From assembly GCA_037189525.1 (NCBI GenBank), contig JBBCJC010000002.1:928001-992000 (forward strand): 64,000 nt of DNA, written 5' to 3'. Every line of letters begins with the position of its first letter. Position 1 is the first letter of the stretch. Source of the stretch: Gemmatimonadales bacterium (lineage in GTDB: Bacteria; Gemmatimonadota; Gemmatimonadetes; Gemmatimonadales; GWC2-71-9). The position numbers and the translations under genes are program-made. Shown here piece after piece: positions 58,912 to 64,000 of the stretch. The notes below the pieces were generated by a model, which did no database searches, was not told the origin of the DNA, and saw only the letters and a program-made list of their open reading frames with translations.

Positions 58912-60147
58912 ATGCAGTCCAGCAACATATCCAGGAACGTGAACGGCAACCTGGTTCGGTGGACGGCGGCGTCGTGGCTCTGCCTGGGTGTACTGACAGG
59001 CTGCGACATCACGAATCCGGGTCCGATTCAGGATGATGCGCTCGAAGTGCCCGCCGCGGGCAAAACCGTGCTGGTCGGGTTGGTGTCCGACGTCGAAGTC
59101 TCGGCATCGGTCGCGGCCTATTACTCCGGCGTTGCCAGCACCGACCTCAACGCGGATGCGACGCAGGGATGGGTGCAGAACTTCGGCGCCGGCCGCATCA
59201 AGATCGAAGAGTCGAGCTACCTCTGGGATGAGGCCCAGGCGGCGCGCTGGACGGCCGAGCATGGAATCGAACGGCTGCGACGGACCCAGACCTCGCCCGA
59301 TCAGAGCCCGCTCCTCGCAGCGGCGCATCTGTGGGCCGGGTACGCCAACCGGATCCTGGGCGACGTCGCCTGCATGGCGATCTTCGACGGCGGCGCTCCC
59401 GAGGACAATGCCGAGTACTATCGGCGCGCCGTCGGGCATTTCCAGAACGCGATCACGATTGCCGGAGCCGTCGGTGCCACGGCGGATTCCACCGCCGCGC
59501 GCGCTCGGGCCGGATTGGCGCAAGCCTATCTGATCCTGGGCGACTACCCCCGCGCCGCCCAGTTTGCCGGGCTGGTGCCGGACGACTTCCTGTTCGTTGC
59601 GCACCGATCGGGCAACAGCGTCCGGGAGAACAACCGGATCTGGGAAGCCACGGTCGTCTCGTCGATGGCCACGGTCCACGGCACGATCAGCGCCGAACTG
59701 GGCCCGAACGGCGACCCGCGGACGCCCTGGCTCGATCTCAACAAGACCGGCGCTGGCGGCGCCCGTCCGTACTACCAGCAGCGGAAATATGTCGACCGTG
59801 GAACCGACACCCCGCTTGCCAAGGGCGCCGAGATGCGGCTGATTGAAGCCGAGGTGCTGCTTCGCGCCGGCGAGGTGACTGCGGCGATGGACAAGATCAA
59901 TGCGGTGCGGACCGCCGCCGGCGTCACGCCGGTGTCGGCCACCACGCCCGCCCAGGCCTGGGTTGCCCTCGATCGGGAGCGTCACTTTACGCTCTGGCTC
60001 GAGGGGCGCCGGCTGCGTGACAACGCTCGGCTCGGCACGACCGCGCTGAGCAGTTGGAGCGCCGGGTTCATCCAGGGCCGGGACTTGTGCTTCCCGCCCA
60101 GCCTGACCGAAGTCGCCTCCAACCCGAACCTGGAGGATCTGCGATGA
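58912..60147 (+). CDS. RagB/SusD-like lipoprotein (SusD3)
   Basis: AGGAG RBS; lipobox LTGC; EMRLIEAE, INAVR, ERHFTLWLEGRRLRD, EVASNPNL. Confidence 0.87.
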   Translation: MQSSNISRNVNGNLVRWTAASWLCLGVLTGCDITNPGPIQDDALEVPAAGKTVLVGLVSDVEVSASVAAYYSGVASTDLNADATQGWVQNFGAGRIKIEESSYLWDEAQAARWTAEHGIERLRRTQTSPDQSPLLAAAHLWAGYANRILGDVACMAIFDGGAPEDNAEYYRRAVGHFQNAITIAGAVGATADSTAARARAGLAQAYLILGDYPRAAQFAGLVPDDFLFVAHRSGNSVRENNRIWEATVVSSMATVHGTISAELGPNGDPRTPWLDLNKTGAGGARPYYQQRKYVDRGTDTPLAKGAEMRLIEAEVLLRAGEVTAAMDKINAVRTAAGVTPVSATTPAQAWVALDRERHFTLWLEGRRLRDNARLGTTALSSWSAGFIQGRDLCFPPSLTEVASNPNLEDLR

Positions 60148-61115
60148 TCGTTTGCTCCGCACGGCGGCTGGCGCCGATGCTCGTCATCGGCGCGGCGCTG
60201 GCCGGCTGTGGCCCCAAGACAGCCGAGGCTCCCCCGGCTTCCGAGCCGGCGAGCCCCAAGCCGGAAGCGGTTTCACTGCTCGGTACCAACCTGTATCCGA
60301 GAACCATCTCGGCGGCGGCGCGCGAGAAGTACGAAGCGGACCTTGCCGTGGCCAAACGCGCCCTGGACAACGCGCCGAACGATGCCGATTCGATCATCTG
60401 GTATGGTCGCCGGCTGGCCTATCTCGAGCGGTACCAGGATGCCATCGCGGCATTTTCCGACGGGATTGCCAAGCATCCGAACGATTCGCGGCTGTATCGC
60501 TTCCGGGGTCATCGATACATCACGGTGCGTGAGTTCGACAAGGCGCTTGCGGATCTGAGCCGCGCTGCTGAACTCATCAAGGGCGAGACCAACGAGCTCG
60601 AACCGGATGGCGCGCCGAACGCGCACGGCATTCCGACCAGCACCAAGCACGGCAACATTTTTTATCACCTTGCGCTGGCGCATTATCTCAAAGGGGACTA
60701 TCAGCAGGCGCTCGCGGCGTGGGACGAGGCCTACAGGATTGCCACTAACGACGACAGCCGCGTCTCGGTCAACGACTGGCGCTACATGACGCTGCGCCGG
60801 TTGGGTCGCCATGACGATGCGAAGAAGCTGCTCGGCCAGGTGAGCAAGGACATGAAGATCCTGGAGAATACGGCCTACTTCCGGCGGATGCTGATGTACA
60901 AGGGCGAGATTCCGCCGGACAGCCTGCTGGCTCAGGGCGAGACCGATCCGCTGCAGTACGTGACGCAGGGATACGGGGTGGGGAACTGGTACCTCGCCAA
61001 CGGCGACAGCACCAAGGCCTTCGAGATCTTCCAGAAGGTTCTCGATGGCGGTTACTGGGCAGCGTTCGGCTTCATTGCGGCCGAAGCCGATATTGCCCGA
61101 AAGCAGGGCCGGTAG
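60144..61115 (+). CDS. Tetratricopeptide-repeat lipoprotein
   Basis: ATGA overlap with SusD3; lipobox LAGC; TPR helices YQDAIAAF, FDKALADL, GDYQQALAAW. Confidence 0.82.
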   Translation: MIVCSARRLAPMLVIGAALAGCGPKTAEAPPASEPASPKPEAVSLLGTNLYPRTISAAAREKYEADLAVAKRALDNAPNDADSIIWYGRRLAYLERYQDAIAAFSDGIAKHPNDSRLYRFRGHRYITVREFDKALADLSRAAELIKGETNELEPDGAPNAHGIPTSTKHGNIFYHLALAHYLKGDYQQALAAWDEAYRIATNDDSRVSVNDWRYMTLRRLGRHDDAKKLLGQVSKDMKILENTAYFRRMLMYKGEIPPDSLLAQGETDPLQYVTQGYGVGNWYLANGDSTKAFEIFQKVLDGGYWAAFGFIAAEADIARKQGR

Positions 61116-61199
61116 GACGATCTCTCTGCCTGGCAGTCGGTGCGGACGCCATGGGTTGGACTGTCGGGTGCGGTAACCCTCACAACCCTCCTGCATATG

Positions 61200-61246
61200 C
61201 AAACGCTCCTCGGTCGTGACGACGGTCGAGGAGCGTTTGGTTTGTT
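61200..61246. terminator. Probable bidirectional terminator between convergent genes
   Basis: Inverted repeat CAAACGCTCCTCG...CGAGGAGCGTTTG followed by GTTTGTT. Confidence 0.75.
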
Positions 61247-62423
61247 AGAGCATTTTCCAGAGAGAATCGGCCGGTTTACTCTGCTTGACGCTGCGGTACC
61301 AGAGGCAGATCGGGTACAGCAACGCCAGGCCCAGCAACCAGATCAGGTACATGACCGGTCGCCCGGTACCGGCCGGGAAGAACAGGCCGATCGCGGCAAA
61401 GAGATATAGATGTGCCAGATAGAATCCGAGGGCCGTCTGGCCGAATACCAGCAGCGGGAATTGCTGGCTGCGCACTCGGTCTCTCACGGTGTCGATCGCG
61501 GCCAGGAGCAGGAGATTCGACCCCAGGGTGAGCAACAGGAAAGCCAGGCTCGGCGGGTACTTCGTGACATTGAGAAAGTTGATCCAGCCGGGGCCGGTGA
61601 CGGGATGGATATTTCCGAAGCCACCGCTCATCCGGATCAGGACGAATCCCGCCAACAGACCGATGCCTGCCAGCGCACCCGTTCGAACGGCCCGACGCGG
61701 GTCGGCACGCATCAGCCGACCGAATGCCATGCCCAGCAGCGTGACGCCGAACCAGGGCAGGAAAGGGTAGAAGACCTGCCAGGCGTTGCTATGCCCCGGA
61801 ATGGCAAACAGGCGCCACGCCGGCGAGAATAGAATGGTGGTCTGCTCCGGGCCCGGTGTCAGGTACTGACTGAGCAGGATGGCGGCGGTTCCGAATCCGA
61901 GCATCGCTCCGGCAGGCGCGCGCAGGAAGGCCGCTGACGCGATCATCGATGCGCCCAGGCCATAGAGCACGCCGAAGTGGAGCATCACCTCGCTGCCTCC
62001 TCCCGGAACCATCGGTGCCGGTTGGTGTCCTCCGAGTGTGCCGATCAGCCAGGCAGGGTTCTCGACCAGGTGCTGCAACAGGATGAGCAGCGCACCTCTC
62101 GTTATCAGATAGCGCGCAATTCTGCTGTCGGACCACCCCGATCGGCGTCGCGTGTTCGTCAGGAAGACGATCGAAGCACCCATCAGCAGAAAGAATCCGG
62201 GCGCCGCGAGATGGGTCACCAATCGTGTCAGGAATCCGGCTGCACTGTCGTATGTCGGCAGCGGAATACCCCAGAACTCTCCGGGGTGTACTTTGGCGAC
62301 GAAATAGCTGGCGTGATCGATCGCCATCAGGACCATGATCAGGCCGCGCAGCAGATCGAGCGACACGAATCGATCGGAGCCGCCTCCGGCGGTTGCACGC
62401 GGGGCGTCGGATGGAGATCTCAT
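61245..62423 (-). CDS. DUF1624/heparan-alpha-glucosaminide N-acetyltransferase-like membrane protein
   Basis: SLDLLRGLIMVLMAIDH, TRLVTHLAAPGF, TKYPPSL, FYLAHLY, LYPICLWY. Confidence 0.85.
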   Translation of the reverse strand: MRSPSDAPRATAGGGSDRFVSLDLLRGLIMVLMAIDHASYFVAKVHPGEFWGIPLPTYDSAAGFLTRLVTHLAAPGFFLLMGASIVFLTNTRRRSGWSDSRIARYLITRGALLILLQHLVENPAWLIGTLGGHQPAPMVPGGGSEVMLHFGVLYGLGASMIASAAFLRAPAGAMLGFGTAAILLSQYLTPGPEQTTILFSPAWRLFAIPGHSNAWQVFYPFLPWFGVTLLGMAFGRLMRADPRRAVRTGALAGIGLLAGFVLIRMSGGFGNIHPVTGPGWINFLNVTKYPPSLAFLLLTLGSNLLLLAAIDTVRDRVRSQQFPLLVFGQTALGFYLAHLYLFAAIGLFFPAGTGRPVMYLIWLLGLALLYPICLWYRSVKQSKPADSLWKML

Positions 62424-62527
62424 CGTTCTGGATTGTCCGGATCGGGTCTCGCCGAGTCACTCCGCTCGATAGGAAGGGAGCCCTGGCGACGGGCGGAGAA
62501 GTTGGTACGGGAGAGCAGGCCCCGCAA

Positions 62528-62554
62528 GCCCGCCGCACTCGAGGTGCGGCGGGC
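62528..62554 (-). terminator. GC-rich hairpin just after the amidohydrolase stop (possible terminator)
   Basis: 11-bp stem GCCCGCCGCAC/GTGCGGCGGGC; only a weak T tail. Confidence 0.5.
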
Positions 62555-62563
62555 CCGGGAAGA

Positions 62564-63853
62564 TCATGGGGTCGAACGGTAGTTGGGCGGTAACGTCTTG
62601 TAGCGATGCATCAGGTCGTCCCGGCGCGAGCGCGACTTGATCTGCTCACCGCGGATCAGGATCGTCTCTGCCCGGCTGGCAAACTCGAACGGGTCGCCGG
62701 TCCAGACGACGACGTTGGCCTGCCGTCCCGGCGCGAGCGACCCCACCCGGTCGGCGACACCCAGCGCCTCGGCCGGAGAGAGCGTCACCGCGCGGAGCGC
62801 GTCGTCCCAGGTCATCCCGGCCGCAACGGCCATCCCCGCTTCGTAGCGGATATTGCCCGCGTTGTAGGTGCCCGGATCGACGGTGCCTGGCTCGCCGATG
62901 ATGCCGACCGTCACGCCAGCTGCGCGCAGCAGGCCGGCATTCTCGCGGCGTCCGCCCAGCTCGGCAAAGCTGATGGGGCTGTTGTTCGACGCTCCGGTGA
63001 GCACTATGGCGCCGGCACTCGCGAGGGTCTTGGCCACCTGCCATCCTTCGGCGGCGCCGGTAACGACGAGCCGAAGTTTGAACTCCTGCGCCAGGCGTAC
63101 CGCGGCTTCGATGTCCGTCGCTCGCTCGGCGGTGACATAGAGCGGGATACGGCCTTCGAGCACGGGCGCCAGTGCCGCGAGATCGCGCCGGCTCGCGGCG
63201 AGGTCGCCGGAAGCACGGGTGTCCGCGGCCTCGCGCCGAAGCACGGATCGCGCGTCGGTCAGGATGGCCCTGAGCCGGGCAATCTGTTCACCGCGTGCGG
63301 AGGCGCCGGCGGAGGCAGCATCCCCGATCTGCGCGGCAATCGCGGCCGGCGTTTTGATCAGCAGGTCGGTCACGGCGCGATCGGGCAGCAGGTCGATTAC
63401 CGCCGCTTGCCCCGCAATCAGCCCGCCCTGCGGGACGACGCCGACAGTGGTGACGCCGAGGTTTCGGGCCGGAGGGATATGGACGGAGGCGGGGTTGATC
63501 CCTTCCCAAACCGGGAACGAGGCGGCCACGTGGTCCTTCCCGGTCGCGCGCCGGTCGACCGTGTTGGGCATCAGGCCGATTTCATGCACGCCAAGCCCGC
63601 TGTAGCCGTGAACCAGGCCGGGTGTGACCCATTTGCCCGAGGCGTCGATGCGCCGCGCGTCGGCCGGGATCGTCACGTTGGCGCCCACGGCAACGATGCG
63701 GCCGTCACGGATCAGCACGGTGCCGTTTTCGATCGGGGCGCTGCTGACCGGGAAGACCTTGCCGCCGGTGATGGCGATGGTTTGCGCACCGGTCGGAAGC
63801 GCAGCAACCGTACCGAGCAGAGTCGCGATGGTATATGTGGTGGTTCGGCTCAT
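62564..63853 (-). CDS. Amidohydrolase-fold protein with degenerate metal site, secreted
   Basis: Signal peptide; GTVLIRDGRIVAVG, IDASGKWVTPG, ALRAVTLSPAEALG, GSLAPGRQANVVVW; HxH motif absent. Confidence 0.88.
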   Translation of the reverse strand: MSRTTTYTIATLLGTVAALPTGAQTIAITGGKVFPVSSAPIENGTVLIRDGRIVAVGANVTIPADARRIDASGKWVTPGLVHGYSGLGVHEIGLMPNTVDRRATGKDHVAASFPVWEGINPASVHIPPARNLGVTTVGVVPQGGLIAGQAAVIDLLPDRAVTDLLIKTPAAIAAQIGDAASAGASARGEQIARLRAILTDARSVLRREAADTRASGDLAASRRDLAALAPVLEGRIPLYVTAERATDIEAAVRLAQEFKLRLVVTGAAEGWQVAKTLASAGAIVLTGASNNSPISFAELGGRRENAGLLRAAGVTVGIIGEPGTVDPGTYNAGNIRYEAGMAVAAGMTWDDALRAVTLSPAEALGVADRVGSLAPGRQANVVVWTGDPFEFASRAETILIRGEQIKSRSRRDDLMHRYKTLPPNYRSTP

Positions 63854-64000
63854 CGGGTCCCCCGCGCGGCAGTCGAAACGAAACCCAGCTCGAAATCGGT
63901 GCGCCAGCGCTGGGCGGGATCAGTCCGGTCGAACAGCATTGCGCCGTCGATCCAGACCTTCTCGGCCAGGCTGTAGACGCTGAACGGATTGCCCGACCAG
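63850..64000 (-). CDS. Amidohydrolase family protein, C-terminal end only (continues beyond the window)
   Basis: Manual translation WSGNPFSVYSLAEKVWIDGAMLFDRTDPAQRWRTDFELG; stop overlaps the next ATG (ATGA). Confidence 0.8.
   Translation of the reverse strand, partial: WSGNPFSVYSLAEKVWIDGAMLFDRTDPAQRWRTDFELGFVSTAARGTR

Noticed and set aside
5906..63976. Many long alternative-frame or antisense ORFs (e.g. 12687..14447, 15915..17729, 20466..22589, 31132..32781, 42816..44690, 51728..53212, 57134..58774)
   Set aside because: They shadow well-supported genes, lack family motifs, and are expected from stop-codon scarcity in high-GC coding DNA.
1..64000. Mobile elements, prophage, defence systems or biosynthetic gene clusters
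   Set aside because: No integrase, transposase, phage structural, nuclease, Cas, NRPS/PKS or RiPP-modifying genes were recognisable.

Overview
A gene-dense, high-GC bacterial chromosome segment with about 49 CDSs, including one partial gene at each edge. I found no rRNA, intact tRNA, CRISPR array, integrase or transposase. SusC/RagA-type receptors with short SusD-like lipoproteins in a high-GC genome, many secreted peptidases and amidohydrolases, and expanded beta-propeller proteins suggest Gemmatimonadota; this is inference, not tested. The dominant theme is outer-membrane uptake coupled to amide/peptide/ester hydrolysis rather than glycan breakdown. There are three SusC/SusD pairs and one solo TonB-dependent receptor, each beside its own regulator (two-component system, GntR, or ECF sigma/FecR), and no glycoside hydrolase other than a housekeeping-type lytic transglycosylase. 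The best candidate for an undescribed system is 8.2-19.5 kb: an orphan TctC-type binding lipoprotein, a two-component system, SusC, SusD, a CocE/NonD hydrolase and a CitMHS citrate transporter, which reads as a utilisation locus for a citrate-containing amide or ester. A second candidate is the GntR locus at 29.5-36.3 kb, where a shared operator-like motif is directly visible in the promoters of both the SusCD operon and a D-aminopeptidase-like serine hydrolase. All product calls come from motif recognition by eye. Start codons were adjusted from the ORF track where RBS or signal-peptide evidence supported it.
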